From contig CASPVX010000001.1 in assembly GCA_949425575.1 (NCBI GenBank), positions 10,789 to 74,788 of the forward strand: a stretch of DNA of 64,000 nucleotides, given 5' to 3'. Source of the stretch: an uncultured Bacilli bacterium (GTDB lineage Bacteria; Bacillota_I; Bacilli_A; RF39; UBA660). Shown piece after piece: positions 20,342 through 30,268 of this stretch. Every line of letters starts with the position of its first letter. Positions within the stretch are counted from its first letter, which is position 1. The translations under genes were made by a program, and so were the position numbers. The notes under the pieces were generated by a model. The model saw only the letters and a list, made by a program, of their open reading frames with translations. It was not told the origin of the DNA and ran no database searches.

Positions 20342-21316
20342 CTATCCTTTATATTGTCCTCCATTAATGTGAATTACTTGACCTGTGATAAACGAAGAAT
20401 CATCACTTGCTAAAAAAACAAATAATGGTGCAATTTCATAAGTTTGACCTGCTCTTTTCATAGGAATATCAGCACTTAATGTAGGTATTTTTTCGGCTTC
20501 CCAGCATGCTGGTTGAAGTGGCGTCCAGAAAAATCCTGGTGCAACTGCATTAACTCTTATATTTTTATCGGCCAAATTAGTAGCTAAAGATCTTGTAAAT
20601 CCAACAATTGCTCCTTTTGTTGTAACATAATCTATAAGTTCTGGTTCTCCATAAAATGTAGTTATTGATGAAACATTTATTATATTAGCACCTGGTTTCA
20701 TATATTTTAAAACACTTTTTGTTAAATAAAACATTCCATATACATTTGTCTGCATAGTATTATCAAATTGTTCATCTGATATATCAAGCAGACTTTTTTG
20801 TTGATATTGAACACCTGCATTATTCACTAGAATATCTATTTTACCAAATAAATCCATAGTTTCTGTAGCTAAGTACTCACAAAAATTTTTATCCCTAATA
20901 TCTCCAGGAATTAACACGCATGTTCCACCTAATGCTTCAATATAATCTTTTGTTTCATTAGCATCTTCATGTTCATTTAAATAAGCTATAACAACTTTAG
21001 CGCCTTCTTTTACATAATGAATCGCTACAGCTCTTCCTATTCCAGAATCTCCACCAGTTATAATTGCTACTTTACCTTTTAATTTACCTGCCGATTTATA
21101 ATTAGGGTTATCAAATATTGGCCTTGGTGTCATCAAATATTCCATTCCAGGTTGCACACTTTGGTGTTGTGGTGGAAATTCAATTTTAAATTTATCACAT
21201 TTATAACCATAGCCATCATCTACATATTTAAGTCCATAATCATCTTTTCCATTTATATTTGTATAATAATATTTATAGTTCAATAAAATCACATCCATCC
21301 GTTTTATAGTATTCAA
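20342..21316 (-). CDS. SDR family NAD(P)-dependent oxidoreductase (YhdF/general stress protein 39-like)
   Basis: FPPQHQ..QPG N-terminal signature, Rossmann motif KVAIITGGDSGIGRAVA and catalytic YxxxK (YVTTKGA). Confidence 0.8.
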   Translation of the reverse strand: MNTIKRMDVILLNYKYYYTNINGKDDYGLKYVDDGYGYKCDKFKIEFPPQHQSVQPGMEYLMTPRPIFDNPNYKSAGKLKGKVAIITGGDSGIGRAVAIHYVKEGAKVVIAYLNEHEDANETKDYIEALGGTCVLIPGDIRDKNFCEYLATETMDLFGKIDILVNNAGVQYQQKSLLDISDEQFDNTMQTNVYGMFYLTKSVLKYMKPGANIINVSSITTFYGEPELIDYVTTKGAIVGFTRSLATNLADKNIRVNAVAPGFFWTPLQPACWEAEKIPTLSADIPMKRAGQTYEIAPLFVFLASDDSSFITGQVIHINGGQYKG

Positions 21317-21345
21317 AAATTATAAAATTGTGATTTTCAACTAAA

Positions 21346-21378
21346 AACTCAGGAAAGCTTTCCTGAGTTATTTTTTTA
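21346..21378. terminator. intrinsic terminator downstream of the tRNA pair
   Basis: The perfect hairpin AACTCAGGAAAGCTTTCCTGAGTT is followed by a T9 run. Confidence 0.6.
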
Positions 21379-21381
21379 TTA

Positions 21382-21455
21382 TGGTGCCGAATGTAAGAAT
21401 CGAACTTACATCTAATCATTACGAGTGACTTGTTTTACCACTAAACTAAATCGGC
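21382..21455 (-). tRNA. tRNA-Thr (anticodon CGU)
   Basis: The minus-strand sequence GCCGATTTAGTTTAGTGGTAAAACAAGTCACTCGTAATGATTAGATGTAAGTTCGATTCTTACATTCGGCACCA folds as a cloverleaf with a TTCGATT T-loop, anticodon loop CTCGTAA and an encoded CCA. There is one U-U mismatch in the acceptor stem. Confidence 0.7.
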
Positions 21456-21458
21456 ATT

Positions 21459-21532
21459 TGGTTGTCCCAGTAAGATTCGAACTTACGGTCGTGGAGCCAG
21501 AATCCACTGCCTTACCGCTTGGCCATGGGACA
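21459..21532 (-). tRNA. tRNA-Gln (anticodon CUG)
   Basis: TGTCCCATGGCCAAGCGGTAAGGCAGTGGATTCTGGCTCCACGACCGTAAGTTCGAATCTTACTGGGACAACCA has a perfect 7-bp acceptor stem with the U1-A72 pair typical of tRNA-Gln. The anticodon loop is TTCTGGC, the T-loop is TTCGAAT and CCA is encoded. Confidence 0.75.
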
Positions 21533-21574
21533 ATGCCCATTAAAATTATAACATAAAAAAACTACATATGTAGT

Positions 21575-22021
21575 TTATAAATATTTTTTTAGTTTATTTA
21601 TTGCGTCTTCTTGAAAATTTTGCAATTCCTTTAATAACTTTAATATATCTTTATCTATTTTATCTTTATAGTCATCTATTTTTTTAGTTGCTTCTATACT
21701 TCCCATAGTAAGTCCTTTGATAAGCATATCAGCAATTCTTGCATCACTATTATCTTTCATAAGTTCCATCTTTATTCCCATCCAAGAACTTGCTTTGGCC
21801 ATCATACTCTCTTCTTTGACTTCTAACTTATTTTTATGAATTATTTTTTTTGATTCTTTTAAGTATTTTTCATAATCCTTTAAAACATCTTCCGCTACCT
21901 TTTTTATTTTATTGTCTTTTTCTTTAATTGTGTTTAATAAAGTTGTAATCGACTCTACTCCCATATTAGCATCTTTATAAATAAACTCTAATACCTCATT
22001 ATTTTCATTCATTAATACCAT
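21575..22021 (-). CDS. hypothetical protein (Lys/Glu-rich, helical)
   Basis: 148-aa ORF with good coding potential and no recognizable motif. Confidence 0.4.
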   Translation of the reverse strand: MVLMNENNEVLEFIYKDANMGVESITTLLNTIKEKDNKIKKVAEDVLKDYEKYLKESKKIIHKNKLEVKEESMMAKASSWMGIKMELMKDNSDARIADMLIKGLTMGSIEATKKIDDYKDKIDKDILKLLKELQNFQEDAINKLKKYL

Positions 22022-22102
22022 CCTTTCAAATTTATTATGGATAATATTTTTATTTTTATAATTAAAAAATCAGATTATAAAAATCTGATACTAATTCAAA
22101 AT

Positions 22103-22458
22103 TGGTGGAGGCGACGAGAGTCGAACTCGTGTCCGAAAACATTTCCCCGAAAACCTCTACAAGCTTAGTTAATTGATAATTTCCTAATATTTAAAGCAAT
22201 TAACAACCAAAATATTAGTTAGCCTATTAATTTCACTAATAGTGCTAGGCAACACTATTAGCATATCCCACAAATGCGAGCCCTTTTATTTTCTGGTGGG
22301 AGCAAAAAACAAAGAGCAGCTTCGCTTTTTATTAGGCGAAAGCTAATGTGCCAAAATTGGCTTTTTCTTTTCCAGTTATATTTAACTTTGATATGTAACG
22401 TATATCATCCGGCTTGCAGTTTAAGCTTCCACATTCCCGTCGAAACCAAAGCGCCCCC
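22103..22458 (-). ncRNA. ssrA: tmRNA (SsrA), tag reading frame decoded as (A)GKEKANFGTLAFA-UAA-UAA
   Basis: The minus-strand 5' end is GGGGGCGCUUUGGUUUCGACGGGAAUGUGG and the 3' end is GAGUUCGACUCUCGUCGCCUCCACCA (tRNA-like domain). An internal ORF GGA AAA GAA AAA GCC AAU UUU GGC ACA UUA GCU UUC GCC UAA UAA is preceded by UAUAAC-U, as in the B. subtilis resume context. Confidence 0.85.
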
Positions 22459-22518
22459 AACTATAACTATAGCCATAAAAGCATCTTAATTATAGTAAAA
22501 AAACATGAGGTTGTCAAA

Positions 22519-22953
22519 CTAAAACTTCATGTTTTTCTTTATTTCTCTTTCGATATCTCTCTTTTTTATAGTTTCCCTTTTATCATATAATTTTTTACCT
22601 TTAGCAAGTCCAAGTTCGATTTTAGCCCTACCATTTTTAAAGTAAAGTTTTAAAGGAACTAATGTATTTCCCTCTAAAGTAAGTTTATTATTAAGTTTTA
22701 CTATTTCTTTTTTATGCATTAGTAGTTTTCTAGTTCTTCTTTCTTCATGATTAAAGATATTTCCTTCAGCATAAGGACTTATATGCATATTAAGTAAAAA
22801 TAATTCACCATTTTTTATTATTGCATAACTATCTTTTAAATTAGCTTTACCGTTTCTAATTGATTTAATTTCGGTTCCTGTTAAAACAATTCCAACCTCA
22901 AATGAATCAATAATTTGATAATTATATCTAGCCTGCCTGTTTAGGATTTCCAT
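22519..22953 (-). CDS. smpB: SsrA-binding protein SmpB
   Basis: The ARYNYQIIDSFEVGIVLTGTEIKSIR motif is adjacent to the tmRNA gene. The likely start is MEILNRQ, internal to the longest ORF. Confidence 0.9.
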   Translation of the reverse strand: MEILNRQARYNYQIIDSFEVGIVLTGTEIKSIRNGKANLKDSYAIIKNGELFLLNMHISPYAEGNIFNHEERRTRKLLMHKKEIVKLNNKLTLEGNTLVPLKLYFKNGRAKIELGLAKGKKLYDKRETIKKRDIEREIKKNMKF

Positions 22954-25048
22954 GTTTTTCCTCCTTAGCGTTTTCATTTGCTAATTTAAAATTAATTTGG
23001 CCTTTTTCTTTTATTGCTTCAGTAGCTACTACTTTAACATTATCACCTAAACGATATCTCTTTTTAGATTTTCTACCAACAATACTAAACGTTGTTTCAT
23101 CATAATAGTAGTAGTCATCTCCAATATCTTCAAGTCTTACAAGTCCCTCTACTAAATTAGGAAGCATAACATACATTCCATAATTTGTAACTGTATCAAT
23201 CATTCCTGTAAATTCTTCACCTATATGATCCATCATATACTCAGCCATTTTCATATCATTTACGGCTCTCTCACAATCAACTGAAGCTTTCTCTCTTTCA
23301 GAAGAATGCTTAGCAACACCTGGAAGTGTTCTTTCATAATAATCTATTAATTCATAACCCATTTGTGATTCAAACAAATATTTTCTAAGTAATCTATGAA
23401 CTGTTAAGTCTGGAAAACGTCTAATTGGAGATGTAAAATGTGTATAGTTTCTACTAGCAAGACCAAAGTGTCCTATATTATTAGTATCATATACTGCTTT
23501 TTGCATTGTTCTAAGCATCATTGAAGAAAGGATAGGATATTCTTTTTTATCTTTTAACTGATCTAAAATATGTTCTACTGTAAGTGGTTTAATATCTTTT
23601 ATTTTAGCATTTACTTTATAACCTAATTGATTTAAAAATTTCAAAAATTCATTTATTTTTTCTTCATTTGGTGCCCCATGAATACGATATATAAATGGAA
23701 GTTTCATATAAAATATAGTTGTTGCTACTGCTTCATTAGCTAGAATCATAAAGTCTTCAATTAAATTTTCTCCTACACCGCGCTCTCTTTTAACAATATC
23801 AATAGCTTTTCCTTTTTCATCTACTATAATCTTAGGTTCATCAACATTAAAATCAATATATCCTCTATCAAGTTTCATTTTTCTAACTATTTTAGCAAGC
23901 TCAGCCATATTCTTAAGCGTTTTTTCATAAGGTTCATAACCTTCTGGAATTATATTCTTTTCTAATATTTGATTTACTTTTTTATATGTCATTTGAATTT
24001 TTGAATTAATAACACTTTCAAATATTTCACTAGTTATTGTTTTTCCTTTTTCATCTATTTCCATCACACATGAAATTGCGAGTCTATCAACATTTGGATT
24101 AAGAGAACAAATTCCGTTAGAAAGTTTATGTGGTAACATTGGTATTACTCTATCAGCTAAATATACACTTGTTCCTCTTGATAATGCCTCATCACCAATT
24201 GCCGTATTTTCTTTTACATAATAACTTACATCTGCAATATGAACACCTAGTTCATAATGACCATTATCTAAAATTCTTAAAGAAATAGCATCATCTATAT
24301 CCTTGGTATCATCACCATCAATTGTAAATATTTCCATATCTCTTAGATCTCTTCTGCCATTAATATTAGTAACTTCATTTGGTAACTTAGCTGTTTCTTC
24401 CATAACATCTTGTGAAAATTCATCTTTTATTTGAAATCTAGCAGCAATTGATAAAATATCAACACCTGGATCATTTTTATGACCTAGAATTCTGACTATT
24501 TCACCTTCATAGTAATTTGTATTGCTGATTTTATTTTCTACTTTAATGATAACTTTATGTCCTGGCATAGCACCTAAGTTATTGTCTTTTATCTCCACAA
24601 TAATATTTAATCTATCATCATCTAATTTTATGAAATTACGATTATCCTTTATGTAAAATTCTCCAACTAAAAGATCATTTAAATTTCTTTCATTAATTCC
24701 AATTATTTCTGCTTCTGTTTTTTCTTCATTAACTACTTTAATGACTACAACATCACCATTAATAGCACCATTTAATTTAGTTGGTGGTATAAAATAATCT
24801 TTATCATTTTCAACTATAACAAAACCAAAACCCCTGCTATTTGCAACTAGAGTCCCTAGTTTAATAGTTTTATCATTAAATGGTTCATATTTTCCTTTAT
24901 TGGTAATTCTTATTTTTAAATTTTTTTCTAATTTATTTAATGCTTTAGTAAGTTCTGGTTGTTCATCTTCTTCTAATCTATTAAATATTTCTTCATAAGT
25001 AATAGCCTTATTTTGGCCACTGATTATTTCTAAAACTTTTTCTTCCAT
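22928..25048 (-). CDS. rnr: ribonuclease R
   Basis: Cold-shock/OB domains, an RNB catalytic domain and a C-terminal S1 domain with a basic tail. The likely start is MEEKVLEI, with an AGAGGCG RBS. Confidence 0.9.
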   Translation of the reverse strand: MEEKVLEIISGQNKAITYEEIFNRLEEDEQPELTKALNKLEKNLKIRITNKGKYEPFNDKTIKLGTLVANSRGFGFVIVENDKDYFIPPTKLNGAINGDVVVIKVVNEEKTEAEIIGINERNLNDLLVGEFYIKDNRNFIKLDDDRLNIIVEIKDNNLGAMPGHKVIIKVENKISNTNYYEGEIVRILGHKNDPGVDILSIAARFQIKDEFSQDVMEETAKLPNEVTNINGRRDLRDMEIFTIDGDDTKDIDDAISLRILDNGHYELGVHIADVSYYVKENTAIGDEALSRGTSVYLADRVIPMLPHKLSNGICSLNPNVDRLAISCVMEIDEKGKTITSEIFESVINSKIQMTYKKVNQILEKNIIPEGYEPYEKTLKNMAELAKIVRKMKLDRGYIDFNVDEPKIIVDEKGKAIDIVKRERGVGENLIEDFMILANEAVATTIFYMKLPFIYRIHGAPNEEKINEFLKFLNQLGYKVNAKIKDIKPLTVEHILDQLKDKKEYPILSSMMLRTMQKAVYDTNNIGHFGLASRNYTHFTSPIRRFPDLTVHRLLRKYLFESQMGYELIDYYERTLPGVAKHSSEREKASVDCERAVNDMKMAEYMMDHIGEEFTGMIDTVTNYGMYVMLPNLVEGLVRLEDIGDDYYYYDETTFSIVGRKSKKRYRLGDNVKVVATEAIKEKGQINFKLANENAKEEKHGNPKQAG

Positions 25049-25138
25049 ATTATCGCCTCTATTATTATTATAATGCATAATTGTTTAAAATCCTAGTCAT
25101 TTAATTTTAAGTTTACAAAAAAAGCCAATACTTTATGG

Positions 25139-26041
25139 CTATTTTAAATTTTCTATTTCCTCTTTTGTTAAACCAGTAGAATTAGAAATAATTTCTAATT
25201 CTAAATTCATAGATAACATATTCTTTGCTATTTTAATTTTTTCTTCTTTTTGTCCTTCTAAAATACCTTGATGAATTCCTTGTTCGATCCCTTGTTCGAT
25301 CCCTTGTTCGATACCTATCGCTCTGCCTTCTTCCATGCCTTGTTTTAATCCCTCTGCTTTTGCCTCGTTCATAAGTGTATTTCTTAAAAGTTCAGCTTCC
25401 TCTTCAGCACTTAAAAACTCTACCATCTCTTTATTACTATTTAAATTTTCAACTTCTTCTTTAAATTTCTCCATATACTTATTTCCCCCACATATCTTAT
25501 CTAACTCTTTTTTATCTGAATTTAACATAGCTATAAAACTATATTTTTCTTCGCCTTTATTGTAACACATTTCTTTTATTTTATCTACGTTATATTCATA
25601 TATTATCAAGTTGTCTATATACTTTGTTTTACTTTCTTTATCTATTAATGAATATATCCCTATTTCTGGATTTTTCTTTGGTAAATTACATGTGAAATTT
25701 ATTTGGATATAATTTCCCATTTGTGAATAGTCTTCTCCTTTTTTTATTCCTTCTGCATATTTCTTAAATATATATGATGCATTTCTTCTATGCAAATTAC
25801 TATAATATCCTGAGTTTACCTCAATATTTATTATTTCCCCTTCTACTTCTACTAATACATCTAAGGTTTTTCCTTTTTCATATACATTTTTCTTTAATAG
25901 TTCTGGATAGTGAATTTCTTTTATTTTAATTTTTCTATCTAGGCATTTTTCTAATAAAAATTTTAATAAGTCCTCATTTTCTTTTTTACAAAATATGGCT
26001 TTAAACATTGCATCATATTTAGCTGTATAAAATTTTGTCAT
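25139..26041 (-). CDS. Rpn family recombination-promoting nuclease / putative transposase (PD-(D/E)XK, YhgA-like)
   Basis: The N-terminal YDAMFKAIF...LLKFLL motif and DVLVEV..E..INIEVN nuclease core are present. A C-terminal EGxxxG repeat region (GIEQGIEQGIEQGI) is typical of DUF4351. Confidence 0.7.
   Translation of the reverse strand: MTKFYTAKYDAMFKAIFCKKENEDLLKFLLEKCLDRKIKIKEIHYPELLKKNVYEKGKTLDVLVEVEGEIINIEVNSGYYSNLHRRNASYIFKKYAEGIKKGEDYSQMGNYIQINFTCNLPKKNPEIGIYSLIDKESKTKYIDNLIIYEYNVDKIKEMCYNKGEEKYSFIAMLNSDKKELDKICGGNKYMEKFKEEVENLNSNKEMVEFLSAEEEAELLRNTLMNEAKAEGLKQGMEEGRAIGIEQGIEQGIEQGIHQGILEGQKEEKIKIAKNMLSMNLELEIISNSTGLTKEEIENLK
25277..25312. repeat. 3 x 12-bp perfect/near-perfect tandem repeat (CCCTTGTTCGAT) inside Rpn gene
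   Basis: The units are tccttgttcgat, cccttgttcgat and cccttgttcgat, encoding the IEQG repeats. Confidence 0.8.
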
Positions 26042-26120
26042 TTTTTCTCTCCCTTCAAATAATGACTATAGCTAACATTAAAAATTAAAGCAAATGACTA
26101 ATTCACCAATTTTAAATAAA

Positions 26121-26150
26121 AAAATGCCTTCATTTTGGCATTTTTATTAT
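26121..26150 (-). terminator. intrinsic terminator after rmuC
   Basis: The hairpin AAAATGCC-TTCATTTT-GGCATTTT has flanking T-runs on both strands. Confidence 0.5.
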
Positions 26151-26218
26151 AAATAATTTCCTAATTTTTTATTTTTTATATAGTTAAATTTAGTAATTTA
26201 GTAACATTATCCATAAAT

Positions 26219-27283
26219 TTACATTTTTTTATCTTCAAGTTCTTCGAACTCAACTTGATTAATAGAATTAAATCTTTTTGTTATTTTATCTGTCGTAGTA
26301 TGGATATCTTTTACATCCTTACTAACTGTTTCAATACTACGATACAATTTGTCCCAACGTTCTTTATATCGTCCAAATTCTACATCTAATAAATTTAATT
26401 CTTGATGGATTATTTTTGTATATTTATCTCTTTCCATATTTTTAACAATAATTTGAAGAGTTGTTAAAGTGCTGATTAAAGTTGTTGGGCCTGTAATCCA
26501 AACCTTTTTCTTATATGCATAATCAATTATATCTGGATGATATGCATTTACTTCAGCAAAAATAGCTTCAGCTGGAAGAAATAAAATAGCCTGATCTGTG
26601 GTTACCCCTGGAATAATATATTTAGATGCGATTGCATCAATATGCTTTTTCATATCAGCTTTAAATAATCTTTCATAAGTGGTCCTATCACTATTATTTC
26701 TATCGACCATTGCTCTATAATTTTCTAATGGAAATTTAGAATCGATTGCTATTAATCCAAGTGGTTCTGGAGCATGAACCACGCTGTCAGCAATTGTTCC
26801 GTTAGGTAGTGAATATTGAAGTTCATAAATACTATTTTTATTTTCTCCAAAAACACTAACTAAAATATGTTTTAAATTTATTTCTCCAAAAATTCCTCTT
26901 GTTTTTTTATCAGTTAAAACACCTTGAAGAGAAACAATATCGTTTGATAAATTATCTATTTTCTTTTGCGCTTCATCTATTTTTGATAATCTTTCTAAAA
27001 CTGATGTAAATGTCTTATTGGTTTTTTCAAAATTTTGATCTAATCTTTCATTTACTTTTTCATTAATAATCATAAGTCTTTTTTCTACTTTTTCATTTAA
27101 AGTATTAAAGTCTTCATTCATGTTTTTAGTTAAATTAGCGTTAAATTCACCTAACTCTTTGACCATATTTGTTTCTACTTTTCCAAGTCTTTCAGTAATA
27201 TTTGATTCATTAATATTTTTTGTTAAAGAAATAATACTAATAATTAAAATAACAACTAAAAGTCCGATTATTACATATTCCAT
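26219..27283 (-). CDS. rmuC: DNA recombination protein RmuC
   Basis: N-terminal transmembrane segment, long coiled-coil and a C-terminal RmuC nuclease-like domain (...WITGPTTLISTLTTLQ...). Confidence 0.8.
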   Translation of the reverse strand: MEYVIIGLLVVILIISIISLTKNINESNITERLGKVETNMVKELGEFNANLTKNMNEDFNTLNEKVEKRLMIINEKVNERLDQNFEKTNKTFTSVLERLSKIDEAQKKIDNLSNDIVSLQGVLTDKKTRGIFGEINLKHILVSVFGENKNSIYELQYSLPNGTIADSVVHAPEPLGLIAIDSKFPLENYRAMVDRNNSDRTTYERLFKADMKKHIDAIASKYIIPGVTTDQAILFLPAEAIFAEVNAYHPDIIDYAYKKKVWITGPTTLISTLTTLQIIVKNMERDKYTKIIHQELNLLDVEFGRYKERWDKLYRSIETVSKDVKDIHTTTDKITKRFNSINQVEFEELEDKKM

Positions 27284-27362
27284 AAATCTTCTCCTATCTC
27301 TTATTTAATTATAGCCTATAAAAGAAAAAGCTTCAAGAAAAAACGAAACTAAGTTTCGCTTT

Positions 27363-27650
27363 CTAAGAGTATTTACTAAGGATATATGCCTCATAACCTC
27401 CAATTACATTTACAGTATTAAATCCTTTTATATTTAATATTTGACATAATTTTTTACTTGAATATCCGTGCTGGCAATAAATATAATATATTTCTGTTTT
27501 ACTTAAATATTTTTCTGGCATTATTAATAGTTCATTTTGTGATATATTTTTTGCATTTGGTAAATGATTATTGTTATAACTTTCTCTAGATCTGATATCT
27601 ATTATGTTCACATTTCCCTTTTTCATTAAATCTGTTACAGAAATTGACAT
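27363..27650 (-). CDS. rhodanese-like domain protein
   Basis: 95 aa with the active-site cysteine motif YIYCQHGYSS. Confidence 0.65.
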   Translation of the reverse strand: MSISVTDLMKKGNVNIIDIRSRESYNNNHLPNAKNISQNELLIMPEKYLSKTEIYYIYCQHGYSSKKLCQILNIKGFNTVNVIGGYEAYILSKYS

Positions 27651-27724
27651 TTAATCACCTCTAAGTAATTATATGCATTAAATGAAAACAAGAATATTTA
27701 ATATAACTAAAATTATATAAATAA

Positions 27725-27752
27725 AAACTAGTAGTTTAATCTACTAGTTTTA
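27725..27752 (-). terminator. intrinsic terminator at the virD4-like stop
   Basis: A perfect palindrome AAACTAGTAG-TTTAAT-CTACTAGTTT overlaps the stop codon and is followed by U-rich sequence on the minus strand. Confidence 0.55.
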
Positions 27753-30140
27753 TAAATCCTCGTCATCTGCAAAGAAATCATCAAAAAATTGATCATCTGT
27801 TACATATCTTTCTTTTTCATCTACTTTTTCTGGTAATGATTTTTCTTTTACCTCAGTAGTTAATTCCTTTTTTGATTTTTCCATTTCTGGAAGCATATTA
27901 AATTTTGATGTAGTATTTATATTCTCTTCATATTTCGGAATATTTTCACCTGCAACAATGTTTAAATCTGGAACATTTATTTTAGGTGCTTCTTTTTTTA
28001 CTACTTTTTCTAATGTTTCTTTTGCTTTCAATTCTAATTCAGTAGGTTCATTTACTACTGGCGCTTTTACTATTTCCTCTGTAGGTGCTGGGATTTCTGC
28101 TTCTGGTTCTTCAACATTTGAACTAGAATTATTTCCCATTCCCATAGAACGACCTTTTACTTCAGTTTGTACGAGTTCTTCTTTTTTATTATTAGCTTCC
28201 TCTTTTAAAGCAGACATTTTACTGTCTATTTTCTTTAAAATTTCATCAATTTCACTAACACCACTTGGAACTTTAGGTTCTTTTTCTGCAGATATTGGTT
28301 TAGGTGCTAATGATGGAAGATCATCAATACTTCCAATTGCTCTTGCGCCTAGTCCAGAATATTTTGTTTGTGTTGGATTTTTGAATTTTTCTAAAATACT
28401 ATTTGCTCTTTCCGCTTTTTTAGCTTCTACAAATCCTTTTAAATCAAACACTTTAACTTCTTGTCTTTCACGATGTGGATATCCAGCTTTCTTTCTTTCA
28501 TATCCCCAATCAATCTGATAATCATATTTTAATTTAACTTTTAAAGGATATTCTCTTGTTCTTAAAACAATTATTTCTCCTTTTCCCATTCTTTGTAAAT
28601 CACTAACTGTGATTAATGGTCTATTTTCTTCTTTTTCTTTACCATCTTTACCGCTTTTAACTTTAATTTCGCCACACATTTTACTAATTTCTTCTAGCGC
28701 AGCCATCTCACTACTAATTAAATAAATTATGTTATTACAGTTACCTTTAATAGTATCTCCTTTTTCTTTGCCATAAACATCATTTAATTGAGCAAAGTTT
28801 TGGATTATAAAGTTAAAACGCATATTTCTACTACGTGCTGCTGAAACCATTGTTTCAACATCTTTTAATGGAGGCATATTAGCAAACTCATCTAGAATAA
28901 AGTTTGTTCTATATTGTAATCTTCCCCCATTTTCTTGTGCTACATCTACTAATGTTTCATAACATTGTTTTAAGAAAATTGTTACAAGTGGATGATATGT
29001 TTTCTTTTCGTCTTGAATAATAATAAATACTGCAGTTTTCTTCCTTCCGATATCTTTCATATCGAAATCACTATGTGAAAGCATTTCTGAAATATTTTCA
29101 CGTGAAGCAAATAATCTTAATTTTTGTTTAAAAACAGCTAGAATACCACCTTTTGTTTCATTAGGGGCAATTAAAGTAGATGATGCACTTACATATGCTG
29201 GAGATGTTGGAGGTTTTGTTTCAAAGTATTTTTTAATATATGTTGAAGGACCAATTCTCTCTTCACCAACAGTAGCTAGTAAATTTATACTATTTAAATT
29301 TATTTCTTCTTCTTTTGCATCTTCAAATAAAGCTAAAGTTAATCCTGAAAAATAATCAGCTGATGTTTTTTCCCAGAAAGGGTCTTGCTTTTGTGCATTT
29401 TGATCATACAAAATATTGATTGCTAAGTCGTCAATTAACTCATTTGCTTTATCTCCATTATGATTTTTATAATACTCATATGGTAAATATACTGGATTCC
29501 ATCCACTTCCTTCTTGTGGATTACGGAAATTAAGTAAAACAACATTATAGCCTTTTTCTTTAAGCATTTCACTTGTTTTTTCATAAATTTCACCTTTAGG
29601 GTCAGTAATGATCATTGATTCATTATTTTTGGCTAGAGACTCAACTAATGGTAAAACGACAATTTGGGTTTTACCACTACCAGTAGAACCGATAATGATA
29701 CTATGACTTTCACCATCATCAACCCACATATATTTTCCATCATTAACAAGTGGAATTCCGCCAGCTTCTGCGGTTTTATCAGTTACTTTTACTTTTTTTA
29801 ATAATTCTTTATATTCCTTTTCAGATGCCCATCTAGAAAAACCTTTTTCTTTTTTAGGCTTAGAAAATAAAAGTCCAAAACCTTTATCACGATCAAAAAA
29901 TTTATCAGATACACTAATAATACATCCTACTAAAGCAGCGATATAAACAACCAAAGTTATTCCTATATAATCTTTAGTAAATGCTGGAAATGGATTAAAA
30001 CCATGGAATGGTTTATCTAAATCACTAGCTGCAAATTGAGCTAAATTAAGAACCGCTATTGCAACAAAATATAAAAGAACAACACAGAATATTCCAAAGA
30101 AAGCCCAATCTTTTGGTTCTGCCTGAAACTTCAATTTCAT
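27750..30140 (-). CDS. type IV secretion coupling protein, VirD4/TraG (T4CP) family ATPase
   Basis: 796 aa with two N-terminal transmembrane segments. Walker A IIIGSTGSGKTQ, the ITDPKGE motif, Walker B FILDEFANMP and a C-terminal Glu/Lys-rich extension are present. It has its own upstream TG-extended -10 (TGTGGTATACT). Confidence 0.8.
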   Translation of the reverse strand: MKLKFQAEPKDWAFFGIFCVVLLYFVAIAVLNLAQFAASDLDKPFHGFNPFPAFTKDYIGITLVVYIAALVGCIISVSDKFFDRDKGFGLLFSKPKKEKGFSRWASEKEYKELLKKVKVTDKTAEAGGIPLVNDGKYMWVDDGESHSIIIGSTGSGKTQIVVLPLVESLAKNNESMIITDPKGEIYEKTSEMLKEKGYNVVLLNFRNPQEGSGWNPVYLPYEYYKNHNGDKANELIDDLAINILYDQNAQKQDPFWEKTSADYFSGLTLALFEDAKEEEINLNSINLLATVGEERIGPSTYIKKYFETKPPTSPAYVSASSTLIAPNETKGGILAVFKQKLRLFASRENISEMLSHSDFDMKDIGRKKTAVFIIIQDEKKTYHPLVTIFLKQCYETLVDVAQENGGRLQYRTNFILDEFANMPPLKDVETMVSAARSRNMRFNFIIQNFAQLNDVYGKEKGDTIKGNCNNIIYLISSEMAALEEISKMCGEIKVKSGKDGKEKEENRPLITVSDLQRMGKGEIIVLRTREYPLKVKLKYDYQIDWGYERKKAGYPHRERQEVKVFDLKGFVEAKKAERANSILEKFKNPTQTKYSGLGARAIGSIDDLPSLAPKPISAEKEPKVPSGVSEIDEILKKIDSKMSALKEEANNKKEELVQTEVKGRSMGMGNNSSSNVEEPEAEIPAPTEEIVKAPVVNEPTELELKAKETLEKVVKKEAPKINVPDLNIVAGENIPKYEENINTTSKFNMLPEMEKSKKELTTEVKEKSLPEKVDEKERYVTDDQFFDDFFADDEDL

Positions 30141-30244
30141 AAAAGCCCTCCCTTTAATAATTAATGGTTTTTAGTATACCACAAATTAGCTTTAATTTAA
30201 ATAAATTTCATTTAAACACATACATATTCATTATATCACAAAAA

Positions 30245-30268
30245 AACAATATTAGTTATAATATTGTT
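30245..30268 (-). terminator. intrinsic terminator ending the long tad/T4SS operon
   Basis: The palindrome AACAATATTA-GTT-ATAATATTGTT is followed by a T-run on the minus strand and lies 10 nt below the stop of the 244-aa lipoprotein gene. Confidence 0.55.

Noticed and set aside
22274-22489. 71-aa plus-strand ORF
   Set aside because: It lies entirely antisense within the tmRNA gene and is spurious.
25261-25325. Short direct repeats that could be mistaken for a CRISPR-like or mini-satellite array
   Set aside because: There are only three 12-bp units with no spacers, they are in-frame, and they encode the GIEQ repeats of the Rpn nuclease. This is a coding tandem repeat.
27958-28518. 186-aa plus-strand ORF
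   Set aside because: It is antisense to the VirD4-like gene C-terminal low-complexity region, and the mirror-frame composition (Ser/Phe-rich) is typical of spurious ORFs.
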